A stretch of DNA of 64,000 nt from NCBI GenBank assembly GCA_965205855.1, contig OZ242184.1, positions 886,570 to 950,569 on the forward strand, in the 5' to 3' direction. Every line of letters starts with the position of its first letter. Position 1 is the first letter of the stretch. Positions 20,507 to 33,405 of this stretch are shown here, piece after piece. Under the pieces are notes generated by a model. It was given only the letters and a program-made list of their open reading frames with translations. It had not been told where the DNA came from and did no database searches. This DNA is from Thermodesulfobacteriota bacterium. Lineage in GTDB: Bacteria; Desulfobacterota_D; UBA1144; Nemesobacterales; Mycalebacteriaceae. The translations under genes and the position numbers were made by a program.

Positions 20507-22209
20507 AACCCGCCGAAAAACCCGGTGAGGTGAAAAAAAAAGATTTCATAAGAGAGATTGTTTCAAGCGACTTGGTCTCCGGGAAAAACGGCGGACTGGT
20601 TGTAACACGCTTTCCTCCGGAGCCCAACGGGCATTTGCATATAGGGCACGCCAAATCAATATGTCTTAACTTCTCCATCGCCACGGAAAACTCGGGAAAA
20701 TGCAATCTGCGCTTTGACGATACAAATCCCGGCAAAGAGAAGGGGAAATTTGTCGAGTCAATCAAATCCGATATAAAATGGCTCGGTTTTGACTGGGAAG
20801 ACCGCATTTTCTTTGCCTCGGATTATTTTGACAAACTGTTTGAATGCGCCGTTCATCTGACAGAAAACTCGCTTGCCTATGTGGATGACCTCAGCGCGGA
20901 AGACATTCGCCTGCATCGCGGTACTTTGACCAAACCGGGCAAAAACAGCCCCTTCAGGGAAAGAACAGTTTCCGTAAACCTCGCTCTTCTCCACGAAATG
21001 AAAAACGGGAAGTTTTCCGAAGGAGAAAAGGTATTAAGGGCAAAAATAGACATGACTTCTCCAAACATCAATATGCGGGACCCGGTGATATACCGCATAC
21101 TGGAAACCCCTCATCACAAAACCGGCACAATCTGGAAAATTTATCCGACTTACGATTTTGCCCATCCGCTTTCAGATGCAATTGAGAAAGTAACCCACTC
21201 CCTGTGCACTCTTGAGTTTGAAGACCACAGACCGCTCTACGACTGGTTTGTTGAGCGCCTTGGTGACCTGCTGGGGAACCGTCCGCGTCAGATAGAGTTT
21301 TCCCGCCTTGAGATGAGCCATACCGTTATGAGCAAAAGACAGTTGTCCGAACTTGTTGAGACCGGGGTTACGGACGGCTGGGACGACCCCAGAATGCCGA
21401 CAATTTCCGCAATGCGACGGCGCGGATATCCGCCGGAATCCATAAGGCTTTTTTGCGACAAAGTTGGAATCACAAAACAGAAAAGCTTAATAGAGCAGAG
21501 TTTGCTTGAGCACACGGTCAGGGAGTGTCTGAATAAAACCGCGCTGAGACGGATGGCGGTTTTGAATCCGCTTAAGGTTGTCATAACAAACTATCCGGAA
21601 GATAAAGAGGAGTTTCTGTCTGCGACAAACAATCCCGAAGACGATTCTGCGGGAACAAGACAGCTTCCATTTTCCCGGACAATCTATGTGGAAAGGGACG
21701 ACTTTATGGAAAAACCCCCGAAGAAATTCCACCGCCTCGCTCCGGGCACGGAGGTACGGCTCCGATACGGATATTTTGTTACTTGTGTTGATGTCATAAA
21801 AAACGACAAAGGAGAGGTTGCAGAACTGCATTGCGAATACGATCCCCAGACAAAAGGCGGACACGCGCCCGATGGACGCAAAGTACGGGGAACAATTCAC
21901 TGGGTCAGCGCGAAACACTCCGAACTCGCGCAAGTAAGAATTTACGACAGACTTTTCACGCCGGAAAACCCGTCCGCCGAAGGAAAGAATTTAAAAGATA
22001 TTATCAATCCCGCTTCAATTGAAACCCTGAAAGATATTCCCGTTGAGCTGTCATTGAAAAAAGCAAAGCCCGGAGAAGTCTTTCAGTTTGAGAGGAAGGG
22101 CTATTTCGTCGTTGATAAAGATTCGAGAAACGATGAGATTGTTTTCAACAGAACTGCAACGCTCAGAGATTCGTGGGAGAAAAAGGGCAAAAACGCAAAC
22201 AAAGGTTAA
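20485..22209 (+). CDS. glnS: Glutamine--tRNA ligase.
   Basis: It has a class I HIGH motif in the GlnRS-type context (TRFPPEPNGHLHIGHAKS), VMSKR, and a C-terminal anticodon-binding barrel, at 574 aa. Confidence 0.8.
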   Translation: MQHKVEIEPAEKPGEVKKKDFIREIVSSDLVSGKNGGLVVTRFPPEPNGHLHIGHAKSICLNFSIATENSGKCNLRFDDTNPGKEKGKFVESIKSDIKWLGFDWEDRIFFASDYFDKLFECAVHLTENSLAYVDDLSAEDIRLHRGTLTKPGKNSPFRERTVSVNLALLHEMKNGKFSEGEKVLRAKIDMTSPNINMRDPVIYRILETPHHKTGTIWKIYPTYDFAHPLSDAIEKVTHSLCTLEFEDHRPLYDWFVERLGDLLGNRPRQIEFSRLEMSHTVMSKRQLSELVETGVTDGWDDPRMPTISAMRRRGYPPESIRLFCDKVGITKQKSLIEQSLLEHTVRECLNKTALRRMAVLNPLKVVITNYPEDKEEFLSATNNPEDDSAGTRQLPFSRTIYVERDDFMEKPPKKFHRLAPGTEVRLRYGYFVTCVDVIKNDKGEVAELHCEYDPQTKGGHAPDGRKVRGTIHWVSAKHSELAQVRIYDRLFTPENPSAEGKNLKDIINPASIETLKDIPVELSLKKAKPGEVFQFERKGYFVVDKDSRNDEIVFNRTATLRDSWEKKGKNANKG

Positions 22210-22223
22210 TCTCCCGAAGAACG

Positions 22224-23171
22224 TTAATTGCTTTCCGTCTCAAACCATTCTTCATGCTTTCCGTTTTCCGCGCGCGTGATTTCAAAAAACACTTTCTGAA
22301 GTTTTTTTGTAACCGGTCCGGGTTTGCCGTTGCCGATTTTTCTTTTGTCCACTTCGCGCACGGGAGTTATTTCCGCCGCCGTGCCGGTCAGAAAAACCTC
22401 ATCGGCGGTGTAAAGCTCGTCTCTGGTAAAACGCTGTTCACGCACCTCAAGCCCCTCGTCCGCAGCGAGTTGAATAACAGAGTCTCTGGTTATTCCCTCA
22501 AGCACGGATGTCAGCGGAGGGGTCTTTATAACATCGCCCCGGACGGCAAATATGTTCTCTCCGCTTCCTTCGGCAACATATCCCTCGGCGTCCAGAAGCA
22601 ACGCCTCATCAAAACCCATTGATATGGCTTCCTGTTTTGCCAGAACCGAGTTCACATAGTTGCCGCAAACTTTCGCCTTTGTCATAAAAGAGTTGACATT
22701 CATCCTTGTGAAAGAGGAAATTTTTGTTCTGATACCGTTATTTATTCCGTCGTCGCCTAGATAGGCACCCCAATTCCACGCGGCAATGGCCGTGGACACG
22801 GGATTGTTCTTGGGATACAAACCCATAGAGCCGTAACCGAGAAATGATATCGGGCGTATATAGGCTTCCTGCAGACCGTTTTTCTTGAGAAGTTCAAAAA
22901 TTGCGCCGCGAATTTCGTCTTTTGTATGAGGAATTTTCATACCCACTATGTGAGCGGACATAAAAAATCTGTCTATGTGCTTGCCGAGCTTCAACACGGC
23001 GGGTTTGTCCGGCTTCTTGGGGTTTCTGTACGCCCTTATGCCCTCAAAAACCCCCATTCCGTAGTGCAAAGTGTGGGTCAATATGTGAACATTCGCGCTT
23101 TCCCATGGAACGAGCGAACCGTTGAGCCATATAAGCTCAGGCATATCAATGGTATTTGAAGGTTCTGGCAT
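22224..23171 (-). CDS. ilvE: Branched-chain amino acid aminotransferase.
   Basis: It is a fold-type IV PLP enzyme with EGIRAY and GTAAEITPV motifs, at 315 aa. Confidence 0.8.
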   Translation of the reverse strand: MPEPSNTIDMPELIWLNGSLVPWESANVHILTHTLHYGMGVFEGIRAYRNPKKPDKPAVLKLGKHIDRFFMSAHIVGMKIPHTKDEIRGAIFELLKKNGLQEAYIRPISFLGYGSMGLYPKNNPVSTAIAAWNWGAYLGDDGINNGIRTKISSFTRMNVNSFMTKAKVCGNYVNSVLAKQEAISMGFDEALLLDAEGYVAEGSGENIFAVRGDVIKTPPLTSVLEGITRDSVIQLAADEGLEVREQRFTRDELYTADEVFLTGTAAEITPVREVDKRKIGNGKPGPVTKKLQKVFFEITRAENGKHEEWFETESN

Positions 23172-23267
23172 TGGGAAGTTCCGCTTGCTTACAAACGGGC
23201 TATTCTAACGACCACCGTCGAAAGTGCAATATGCCTTTTTCTCTTCGTGTGGTAGATTTCGATTTTT

Positions 23268-24515
23268 ATGGCTCAGAAAAACGGCGAAAAAAGAGTTCTT
23301 TTTATCAATCATTCGGTTCGTGACGGGGGTCCGGGAAGGAGTCTTTTCTACATACTGAAACATATTGACCGGAAAGTTATCCGTCCGGTTGTGCTTATAC
23401 CCCGTGACGACATATTCAGCGAAAGGCTGAAGGAAACGGGAATATACCGTGATGTGATTGTTGATTCCCGTTTTCCGGACGGGCTTTTCCGCCCTTACCT
23501 GCAGAAATTTCTCTCTAACTTCAGGTTTTCCTCTCCAGTGTTCACAACGTTTCTGAAGTTCATATACGCCACGGTCAACATATTGCGGATAGCAGCTCTT
23601 GTTTTCACTTTCGGAAATGTAATACGGGAGAGGCGCGTAGATTTGATACACTGCAACGGGACAATAGCAAAAATCACGGGCGCGTTTATGGGCACTATTT
23701 ACAAACGACCGGTTGTTTGGCATGTAAGAAACATACAGCAAACCCGTTTTTTGAAGTTTCTGATAACAAGTCTCGCCTCTTTTTCATCGGTTAAAAAGAT
23801 AATATGCGTTTCACGCGCCACCGCTCTTCAGTTTGGGAACAACCCGAAAGTATGCGTAATACATAACGGCGTGGATATTGAAGATTTTGACTCCAAAGAA
23901 ATGCGCCGGGGTGGGTTGAGAAAGGAGTTTTCAATCAAGCCGGACACAATTGTGATAGGAAACGCGGGCAGAGTGGTTCCGCGAAAAGGATATGAGCACA
24001 TTCTGGAAGTCGCGTCCTCGCTTTTGAAAAGGGAGGGTTTGAAAGAGAAAATCAAATTCGTGATTGTTGGTGATACGCCCGGTTTTTTCGGGGAAAATCA
24101 TCTTTCCAAACTCAAGGACGCAATCGTAAAAATGGGAATGTCGGACAGCTTTGTCTTTACGGGATTTAGAAAAAATGTCGCTACGTGCCTCGCGGACTTT
24201 GACATATTCATTATGCCTTCCAACTACCCCGATCCGTTTCCCCGATCCGTCATAGAGGCGATGTCTTGCGGTATACCGGTTGTGGGTTTCAAGGTGGGAG
24301 GAATAGAAGAATCGGTTGAGAACGGAGTAACGGGGATTTTAAGCCCTCCTGGAGACATAAGCCATATGACCGCGAGCGTAAGCAATCTTATGGAAAATGA
24401 GAACTTAAGAAAATCCATGGGAATAGCAGCCAAACAGCGCGCGGAAAATTTTTACTCGGCGCGGAGCAAAACGATGGAAATTCAGTCCGTTCTTGTTGAA
24501 GCGTCCGAAAAGTAG
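23268..24515 (+). CDS. GT4-family glycosyltransferase.
   Basis: It has a GT-B C-terminal domain with the EAMSCGIPVV ... ENGVTG motif. Confidence 0.75.
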   Translation: MAQKNGEKRVLFINHSVRDGGPGRSLFYILKHIDRKVIRPVVLIPRDDIFSERLKETGIYRDVIVDSRFPDGLFRPYLQKFLSNFRFSSPVFTTFLKFIYATVNILRIAALVFTFGNVIRERRVDLIHCNGTIAKITGAFMGTIYKRPVVWHVRNIQQTRFLKFLITSLASFSSVKKIICVSRATALQFGNNPKVCVIHNGVDIEDFDSKEMRRGGLRKEFSIKPDTIVIGNAGRVVPRKGYEHILEVASSLLKREGLKEKIKFVIVGDTPGFFGENHLSKLKDAIVKMGMSDSFVFTGFRKNVATCLADFDIFIMPSNYPDPFPRSVIEAMSCGIPVVGFKVGGIEESVENGVTGILSPPGDISHMTASVSNLMENENLRKSMGIAAKQRAENFYSARSKTMEIQSVLVEASEK

Positions 24516-24520
24516 AGGTT

Positions 24521-25882
24521 TCAGACAGTCTTTCTTGCTTCCCTTTTACGGAAGAACAGCCTTATCGGAGTGCCCTCAAAACCGAACTCCTCTCTGAGCC
24601 GCCGCTCAATATATTTTGAATAATGAGAGGGAACCCCAGCTCCCGTGGAGTTTGTAAACACAACAAAACTCGGCGGCTGTGAGCGAACCTGACTCATGTA
24701 GTATGCCTTGAACTCCCGACCCCGAAAAACCGACGGGCCGCTGCGCACGGCTTTTTTCAGAAAGTCGTTCAGTTTTCTCGTGGAAATTTTTTTCCGGTGC
24801 CACAAGTGCGCCTGACAAACCTCCTCAAACAATTTGTGAACGTTCTTCCCTTTCAAAGCGGATGCTTTCATCACCGACGAAAAAGAAAGAACGCCTCCAA
24901 GCCGCTCAACTGTTTTTTCGCGGATATCCTTCACTTCCCTTACGTTTTCGGGCGCGAGGTCCCATTTATTCAAAACAACCACCGCCGGTTTTCCCCTGTC
25001 CTCTACGAGAGATGCAAGACGTATGTCCTGCCGTGAGGGGCCTTTACCAGCGTCTATCATTAGCACCGCAACATCACACGCTGCTATGCTTCTTATCGCT
25101 TTCAAGGTTCCAAGACGCTCAACCGAATCTCCTATTCTCGCCCTTTTACGCACGCCCGCGGTGTCCGTCATCACATATTTTCGCCCTCCGTATTCAAGCG
25201 GGACATCAACGGCATCGCGTGTGGTTCCGGGTTCGGAACTTGTTATCATCCTATCGCTTTTCAGTATTGTGTTGACGAGTGTGGATTTTCCCACATTGGG
25301 TTTGCCGAGAACCGCGACCCGTATCGGCGGCTCGCTATCGTCTTTGGTCTGCGCACGTTTCAGGGGCGATAGCGCCGAGGTTATGCTGTCAAGAAGCTCG
25401 TAGGTGTTACGTCCGTGAAGAGCGGAAATCCCGGCGGTTTCCAACTCCCCCATAAAATGAAAATTATTAACAAGTTTCTCGTGCTTTGTATGGTCTATCT
25501 TGTTCACAAAGCAAAAAACCTTTTTTCTGCTTTTTCTTAGCATCCTCATAATCTCCACGTCCTGAGGAACTGGGCTCTCCATTCCGTTGAGAAGCATCAC
25601 AATCAAATCTGCCTCCGCAATGGCGATTTTCACCTGCTCTTTTGCCCCCGACTCCGAGGTATCCCCACCCAGAGACTCAAGCCCAGCCGTGTCAACAACA
25701 GAAAAATCCAACCCGTTCCATCTTACGTCCGCATATATTCTGTCCCTTGTTACACCCGGCACACTCTCCACGATTGCCTTGTCTGTTCCCGTAATCCTGT
25801 TGAACAAAGTTGATTTACCCACATTGGGCCTTCCAACAATTGCAACAAGGGGAACCGGTTGTCTGGCGGATTGAGAAAACAT
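24521..25882 (-). CDS. der: Ribosome-biogenesis GTPase Der (EngA).
   Basis: It has two tandem G domains (GRPNVGKSTLFN and GKPNVGKSTLVN) plus a KH-like C-terminus. Confidence 0.85.
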   Translation of the reverse strand: MFSQSARQPVPLVAIVGRPNVGKSTLFNRITGTDKAIVESVPGVTRDRIYADVRWNGLDFSVVDTAGLESLGGDTSESGAKEQVKIAIAEADLIVMLLNGMESPVPQDVEIMRMLRKSRKKVFCFVNKIDHTKHEKLVNNFHFMGELETAGISALHGRNTYELLDSITSALSPLKRAQTKDDSEPPIRVAVLGKPNVGKSTLVNTILKSDRMITSSEPGTTRDAVDVPLEYGGRKYVMTDTAGVRKRARIGDSVERLGTLKAIRSIAACDVAVLMIDAGKGPSRQDIRLASLVEDRGKPAVVVLNKWDLAPENVREVKDIREKTVERLGGVLSFSSVMKASALKGKNVHKLFEEVCQAHLWHRKKISTRKLNDFLKKAVRSGPSVFRGREFKAYYMSQVRSQPPSFVVFTNSTGAGVPSHYSKYIERRLREEFGFEGTPIRLFFRKREARKTV

Positions 25883-25904
25883 AACGCTGGCACATTATAT
25901 ATTA

Positions 25905-26372
25905 TTGTCCGTTATGCAAAGGAAAAGAGTTTTAAAAACAGGAGCCGAAGCAGGCGCGCCAGTATTAGTTGTCAACAGAAGCCTCAAGGCGGAGCCCCGG
26001 CACCTCCGCCTCATCAAAAAGTGCGCGCGCAAAGCACTTGAGATTCTTTCCCTCAAAGGCGAATTGAGCATAGCAGTTGTTGACGACCCGGAGATGCGGG
26101 AGATTAACCGGACTTACAAAAAAGCGTCAAAAACAACCGACGTACTCTCTTTTGAGCAAGGTGAAAACGGTTTGATAGGCGACGTTATAATATCTTTTGA
26201 AACCGCCCGCCGCCGTGCCGGTCTTTACGGCATCACGATTGAAGAGGAAATAAAGCGCCTCGTTGTCCACGGGACCGCCCACCTTGCCGGACACACTCAT
26301 AAGAGGAGAAAGGACGGCGCAGAAATGCGCGCCGAAGAATCAAAAATTCTCTCCGCCGTCTCAAAACTATGA
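25905..26372 (+). CDS. ybeY: rRNA maturation RNase YbeY.
   Basis: It has the zinc-binding HGTAHLAGHTH motif, at about 150 aa. Confidence 0.8.
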   Translation: MSVMQRKRVLKTGAEAGAPVLVVNRSLKAEPRHLRLIKKCARKALEILSLKGELSIAVVDDPEMREINRTYKKASKTTDVLSFEQGENGLIGDVIISFETARRRAGLYGITIEEEIKRLVVHGTAHLAGHTHKRRKDGAEMRAEESKILSAVSKL

Positions 26373-26960
26373 AACGTCCGGCACGGGCTCCGGTTTTTGG
26401 GGTTTGGCCTCCGACTGTTGCGCTCCGAGGTCTCTCTCTATTTCTTCAATCTCTTTGAGCGTGGGAAGGTCGGAAAGTCTTTCTATGCCGAAAGTCTCAA
26501 AAAACTCCCCGGTTGTTTTATAGAGAAACGGCCTGCCGGGAACGTCCTTTCTTCCGCATATTTCAAGCAGTCGCCTTTCCATAAGAAGGTTGACGACTGC
26601 GGATGAATCCACACCGCGTATTTCCTCCACATCGGCTTTTGTCAGAGGCTGCTGATACGCCGATATGGCAAGTACTTCAAGCGCTGCCTTGCTGAGGCGT
26701 AGTTTCTTTATTTTTTTGTTGAATTTGATTATCTCGCCCGCGTGCTCTTTTTTTGTGCGGAACTGATAACCGCCCGCGACTTTTACAAGCTCAAAACCCC
26801 TGTCCAACTCGTTCCACTCATTGGCAAGCTCCCTGAAAATTGCGCCGATGTCTTCACCGGCGAGTTCGGGCAGATTGTTTTTTACCTCCCCCGGGCTCAC
26901 GGGTGACTGTGATGTAAAAACAACCGCCTCAACCGTTTTCTTTATCAGTTTTTTCTCCAT
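26367..26960 (-). CDS. scpB: Segregation and condensation protein B.
   Basis: It has tandem winged-helix ScpB domains. I trimmed the start to MEKKLIK at 26960; it overlaps scpA by 32 nt. Confidence 0.75.
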   Translation of the reverse strand: MEKKLIKKTVEAVVFTSQSPVSPGEVKNNLPELAGEDIGAIFRELANEWNELDRGFELVKVAGGYQFRTKKEHAGEIIKFNKKIKKLRLSKAALEVLAISAYQQPLTKADVEEIRGVDSSAVVNLLMERRLLEICGRKDVPGRPFLYKTTGEFFETFGIERLSDLPTLKEIEEIERDLGAQQSEAKPQKPEPVPDVS

Positions 26961-27738
26961 CCTTTTTTTCCTCCGAATATAAAAGTCGTATTGAAGAGAA
27001 AGGTTTTTTTTGAAACAACTCCACAATTTCTTTTTTCGCAAGTTCAAGAATCGCCATAAAAGAAATAACAATATGTCTCTTTGATGGCGCGCCGTCCTCA
27101 AAAAGCATATTGAAATCTTCTATAACTTTCTTCTCTTTTATCTTTTCATGTATCTCGGCAATTCGCCGCTCCACCGACACGGGGTCTATGACAAAGGTTA
27201 TGTCTTCGGTGTCATTTTCGTTGATTCTCGCTCTCATCTCACACAGGGAAGCGATAAGTTTCCACACACCGGACGTTGCCGTTTCGGTTTCAATTTCCGG
27301 ATCGCCGAATTCCTCCGCATATCCGTATCCTTTTACAAACACATCCCTGCCCAGTAAATTCATATCAGCCATTTTCATCGCGACATCACGAAACCTCTCA
27401 TATACAACCAGCCGCCTCGCAAGTTCCATGCGAGGGTCGAGCTGCGAAACTTCATCCTCTTCTTCGGTACGGGGTAAAAGCATTTTGGATTTTATAAAAC
27501 CCAGCTCCGCAAGGAGGGGAAGATAAGCCCCAATGGCGTCAAGGTCGCACTCTTCAATCATTGTCAAATGGCGGTTGTACTGGTCGGAAATTTCCGAAAT
27601 TGGAATGTCATAAATATTTATTTCGCTTTTTTTAACGAGAGAAAGCAGAAGGTCCAACGGGCCTTCAAATTCTTCAATATCAACCGTATAAAAGTCTGTA
27701 TGCGTATCGTCGGTCAATTTTTGCTGTTTTTCCGTCAT
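26929..27738 (-). CDS. scpA: Segregation and condensation protein A.
   Basis: It is a kleisin with N- and C-terminal winged-helix regions, at 269 aa, directly upstream of scpB. Confidence 0.75.
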   Translation of the reverse strand: MTEKQQKLTDDTHTDFYTVDIEEFEGPLDLLLSLVKKSEINIYDIPISEISDQYNRHLTMIEECDLDAIGAYLPLLAELGFIKSKMLLPRTEEEDEVSQLDPRMELARRLVVYERFRDVAMKMADMNLLGRDVFVKGYGYAEEFGDPEIETETATSGVWKLIASLCEMRARINENDTEDITFVIDPVSVERRIAEIHEKIKEKKVIEDFNMLFEDGAPSKRHIVISFMAILELAKKEIVELFQKKPFSSIRLLYSEEKKDGEKTDKENG

Positions 27739-27750
27739 TGCAACACGGAT

Positions 27751-28395
27751 TTAAAGAATGCCCTGCACTCCCGATAACAAAACGGTCATCTCCTTTACAG
27801 GCGTCCATAAAACTTTCATAAACCCTTCCCTTGCAAATATAAAAATTCCAAACAGCAGAAGCATCCCGATTTTTTCAAAACGTATGTAAAAATCCGCCAA
27901 CCTTCCCGGAAGAATCCCGTAAAGAATCCTTGAGCCGTCAAGCGGAGGAATCGGAATAAGATTGAACAGCGCAAGGGCGATGCTGTAGAAAACGGTTAGA
28001 ATCAGTACATTCCTCATAAATATCTCCGCACCGGGAGAAAGCAAATTCCCCGTTCCAAAGTCCGCAAGAGCCCTGATTACCCATCCGGCGACAAATGCGG
28101 TCAGAAGGTTTGACAGAGGCCCGGCCGCCGCTATGTATATCATTTCTGTTTTCGGGTTTTTCAGTTTGGAGAGATCCACAGGCACCGGCTTCGCCCATCC
28201 GAACCCCACTATGAACATGAGCACGGTTCCGAGAATATCAAGGTGTGCTATCGGGTTGAGGGTCAGTCTCCCGAGCCTTCTTGCCGTATCGTCTCCAAGC
28301 GCGTCTGCCACAAAGGCGTGGCTGAACTCATGTACGGTCAGCACAAACAGTATGACGACCGACAGAACCACAATTTGCAAAGGGTCGAAAAACAC
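27751..28395 (-). CDS. Site-2 protease (M50) family zinc metalloprotease, short form.
   Basis: It has HEFSHAF (HExxH) in a TM helix plus further TM segments, at 214 aa. Confidence 0.7.
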   Translation of the reverse strand: MFFDPLQIVVLSVVILFVLTVHEFSHAFVADALGDDTARRLGRLTLNPIAHLDILGTVLMFIVGFGWAKPVPVDLSKLKNPKTEMIYIAAAGPLSNLLTAFVAGWVIRALADFGTGNLLSPGAEIFMRNVLILTVFYSIALALFNLIPIPPLDGSRILYGILPGRLADFYIRFEKIGMLLLFGIFIFAREGFMKVLWTPVKEMTVLLSGVQGIL

Positions 28396-28399
28396 CGCG

Positions 28400-30585
<2,186 letters not shown>

Positions 30586-31749
30586 TTATCCCAGACTGTT
30601 TTTCAAACCCTCCGCCCTGTCGGTTCTTTCCCATGTAAATCCTCTCTCCTCGCGGCCGAAATGACCGTACGCAGCGGTCTGTAAATACACGGGTCTGAGA
30701 AGTTCGAGATCTTCTATAATACCCGCGGGTCTAAGGTCAAAATTTTCCCTTATTGCGGACGCTATTCTGCTTTCCGGCTCGGTTGACGTCCCGAAGGTAT
30801 CTACCATTACGGAGACGGGATGTGCTATTCCTATCGCATAGGCGAGTTGAATTTCACACTCCTTCGCGATTCCTGCCGCCACAATGTTTTTTGCTATGTA
30901 ACGCGCCATATACGCGGCGCTGCGGTCAACCTTTGAAGGGTCTTTTCCGGAAAAGGCTCCCCCGCCGTGGCGTGCCCAGCCGCCGTATGTGTCTATGATG
31001 ATTTTTCTTCCCGTAAGACCGACATCCCCCATCGGACCGCCTATGACAAATCTTCCGGTCGGGTTTACAAAAATTTTGGTTTCTTTAGTAATAAGAGACT
31101 CGTCAATCACGGGCTTCACAACCTCTTCTACAATCCCCTCGTATATGGTCTTGCTGTTCGTATCAGCCGAGTGCTGGGAGGAAACCACCACCGTGTCTAT
31201 TGCAACAGGTTTGTTGTTTTCGTATCTGACAGTAACCTGGGATTTTCCGTCTGGCCTGAGAAACGGCAGAACGCCCTTTTTCCTTGCCTCGGAAAGATTC
31301 TTTGACAGCTGATGCGCGCACATAATTGGAAACGGAAGAAGCTCGGGTGTGTCATCATTCGCATATCCAAACATAAGCCCCTGGTCTCCGGCTCCCTGCT
31401 CTTTTCCGGGTCCCGAATCAACCCCCGCTGCTATGTCCTCGGACTGCACATCGGTTGCCACAACAACTGAGCAAGTCCTCGCATCAAAGCCCATTGAACT
31501 GTCCGTATATCCTATGTTTTCCACTGTCTGTCTGACCGTTTCGGGAATGTTAACCCGACTTGAGCTTGTTATCTCGCCCGACACAACGACAAGCCCCGTG
31601 GTTATCAAAGTCTCGCACGCGACCCTGCTGTTGGGGTCTCCGTCGAGCATTCGGTCAAGAACCGCATCCGATATCTGGTCTGCTATCTTATCGGGATGGC
31701 CCTCGGTTACGGACTCTGATGTGAAAATAAAACTCTTGTTGGAGGACAT
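30586..31749 (-). CDS. metK: S-adenosylmethionine synthase.
   Basis: It has the [21 protein letters not shown]-terminus and the GGGAFSGKD motif, at 387 aa. Confidence 0.9.
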   Translation of the reverse strand: MSSNKSFIFTSESVTEGHPDKIADQISDAVLDRMLDGDPNSRVACETLITTGLVVVSGEITSSSRVNIPETVRQTVENIGYTDSSMGFDARTCSVVVATDVQSEDIAAGVDSGPGKEQGAGDQGLMFGYANDDTPELLPFPIMCAHQLSKNLSEARKKGVLPFLRPDGKSQVTVRYENNKPVAIDTVVVSSQHSADTNSKTIYEGIVEEVVKPVIDESLITKETKIFVNPTGRFVIGGPMGDVGLTGRKIIIDTYGGWARHGGGAFSGKDPSKVDRSAAYMARYIAKNIVAAGIAKECEIQLAYAIGIAHPVSVMVDTFGTSTEPESRIASAIRENFDLRPAGIIEDLELLRPVYLQTAAYGHFGREERGFTWERTDRAEGLKNSLG

Positions 31750-31782
31750 AATCTGAAAAATGACTCAACGAACTGAAAACTC

Positions 31783-31811
31783 AACATATTGCCTATATAC
31801 CTTTGTGTCAA
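31783..31811 (-). promoter_or_regulatory. Candidate sigma70-type promoter for metK (TTGACA-N17-TATGTT).
   Basis: The hexamers were read on the minus strand about 35-60 nt upstream of the metK ATG. I found no SAM riboswitch-like conserved core in the short leader. Confidence 0.25.
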
Positions 31812-31845
31812 GTTTTCCGGAAACGCAAAAGAGCGCGCGGCGGTT

Positions 31846-32514
31846 TCAGGCGAGAATCTTTGAGACCATGACGTTTTTCTCCCCTTCCGTTCTCTCCTGG
31901 GACGGAGGAATTCGGCTTCCCTTGTGAACCGCCGGGCGCGCGGCCACGCACTCAAACCACTTTTTCAGATTCGGCAGACGGGAGATATCAACGCCCGCCC
32001 TGTCGCAACTGTCCGCCCAGGGCCAAAGCGCCATATCCGCTATTGTGTAGTCCTGTCCGGCGACAAATGGAACAAGAGAAAGTCTTTTTTCCAGAACTTC
32101 ATACAACCTGTTTGTCTCTCTTGTGTATCTGTCCCGCGCGTAGTAGGTTTCCTCCTCGGTAACATAGTGGCGGAAAACATGCGCCTGCCCGTGCATGGGA
32201 CCAACTCCCGACATTTGAAACATAAGCCACTGCATCACAACCGACCTGCCCTCCAAGTCGCCCGGCAGGAATTTACCGGTTTTCTCGGCAAGATAGACAA
32301 GAATCGCACCGGATTCAAAAACGGCGAACCCTCCCATGTCTTCATCAACAATCACGGGTATCCGCCCGTTGGGATTCATTGCGAGAAACTCCGGTTTTTT
32401 CTGCTCCATCTCATCCAGTTTGACAGTGTGAACCTTGTATGGAACCCCTGTTTCCTCAAGCATTATGGAGATTTTTCTTCCGTTTGGAGTCGCCGCTGTG
32501 TAAAGATGAATCAT
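31846..32514 (-). CDS. Glutathione S-transferase.
   Basis: It has an N-terminal thioredoxin-like GST domain and a C-terminal helical domain, at 222 aa. Confidence 0.7.
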   Translation of the reverse strand: MIHLYTAATPNGRKISIMLEETGVPYKVHTVKLDEMEQKKPEFLAMNPNGRIPVIVDEDMGGFAVFESGAILVYLAEKTGKFLPGDLEGRSVVMQWLMFQMSGVGPMHGQAHVFRHYVTEEETYYARDRYTRETNRLYEVLEKRLSLVPFVAGQDYTIADMALWPWADSCDRAGVDISRLPNLKKWFECVAARPAVHKGSRIPPSQERTEGEKNVMVSKILA

Positions 32515-32525
32515 TGGTAAAACTG

Positions 32526-33329
32526 TCAGCGAACAACTTCTATAACTCTGCTTTCACTGCCGAATCTGCCGGGAACAACATCGCCCGAACTGTCCAGGAG
32601 CTCAATCCGAAAAGTGTATACGCCGCTTTTCAGTCCTTCGACAAAAGCCGGACTCCACTTGGCAAACACCTCGGATGCCACAATGGAATCTCGGGACGCG
32701 CCCTCTCCTTCATGGACGGTCAGCCTCACCCTGTATCCATCTTTGCGGAGAACCGCATTGTGAATGTAGAAATCAACCATTATTCTCTCCGCGTCTTTAC
32801 CTTTATAAGAGCCCTTGGGACGACTGTATATAAGCGCGGGACCGGTTGAAAGGTTTTCAAGCGGATAGGGTTTCCCGAAAGATGAGAAAACACTGAAGTT
32901 TACAATATCGGACGCGCCTTCTGTTTTAACGCTTTCGTGATAAGAGCGCGACGGGAAAACGACAAGAGTATGGGTCCCCGGGCTCAAACCGTCCAGGCGA
33001 ACCGGCTTTGAAACATCGTAGATGGCTTTGTATGGCTTGTTGTCAACAATCAAATGTATATGCTGCCCCCGGTCCGAGTTTGCCACAAGAGTTTTTCTTC
33101 CGGTTCGGGTCTGAACTCCGAGTTTATAGCCGGCAACTTCCAGTTTGATTTTTGGCGACCGCGAGAAAACGGACTTACCGTGCTTCGGATAAACAACCCT
33201 GACCCGCGGGCTGCGGAACTCGGGCGACCTTGTAACCTTGGTAATGCGAACCTGCTCCGCTCCGCGAACATCTGTCGAAAAAACTGCTATAAAAAGCCCC
33301 GATACGGCAAAAAAAAGTAAAAACCTCAT
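32526..33329 (-). CDS. Secreted hypothetical protein with a signal peptide.
   Basis: It has an N-terminal hydrophobic signal ([18 protein letters not shown]) and no recognisable catalytic motif. Confidence 0.5.
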   Translation of the reverse strand: MRFLLFFAVSGLFIAVFSTDVRGAEQVRITKVTRSPEFRSPRVRVVYPKHGKSVFSRSPKIKLEVAGYKLGVQTRTGRKTLVANSDRGQHIHLIVDNKPYKAIYDVSKPVRLDGLSPGTHTLVVFPSRSYHESVKTEGASDIVNFSVFSSFGKPYPLENLSTGPALIYSRPKGSYKGKDAERIMVDFYIHNAVLRKDGYRVRLTVHEGEGASRDSIVASEVFAKWSPAFVEGLKSGVYTFRIELLDSSGDVVPGRFGSESRVIEVVR

Positions 33330-33405
33330 ATTTTAGTTTAACACTACAACGCCGTCCGGCGGAAAGAAATTTGAAAAACGCCACCGCCCGTGTAAGTTCC
33401 ACGCC

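Noticed and set aside
31750-31845. Possible SAM riboswitch upstream of metK.
   Set aside because: The leader is under 100 nt and lacks the conserved SAM-I/SAM-II cores. Only a weak sigma70-like promoter could be proposed.
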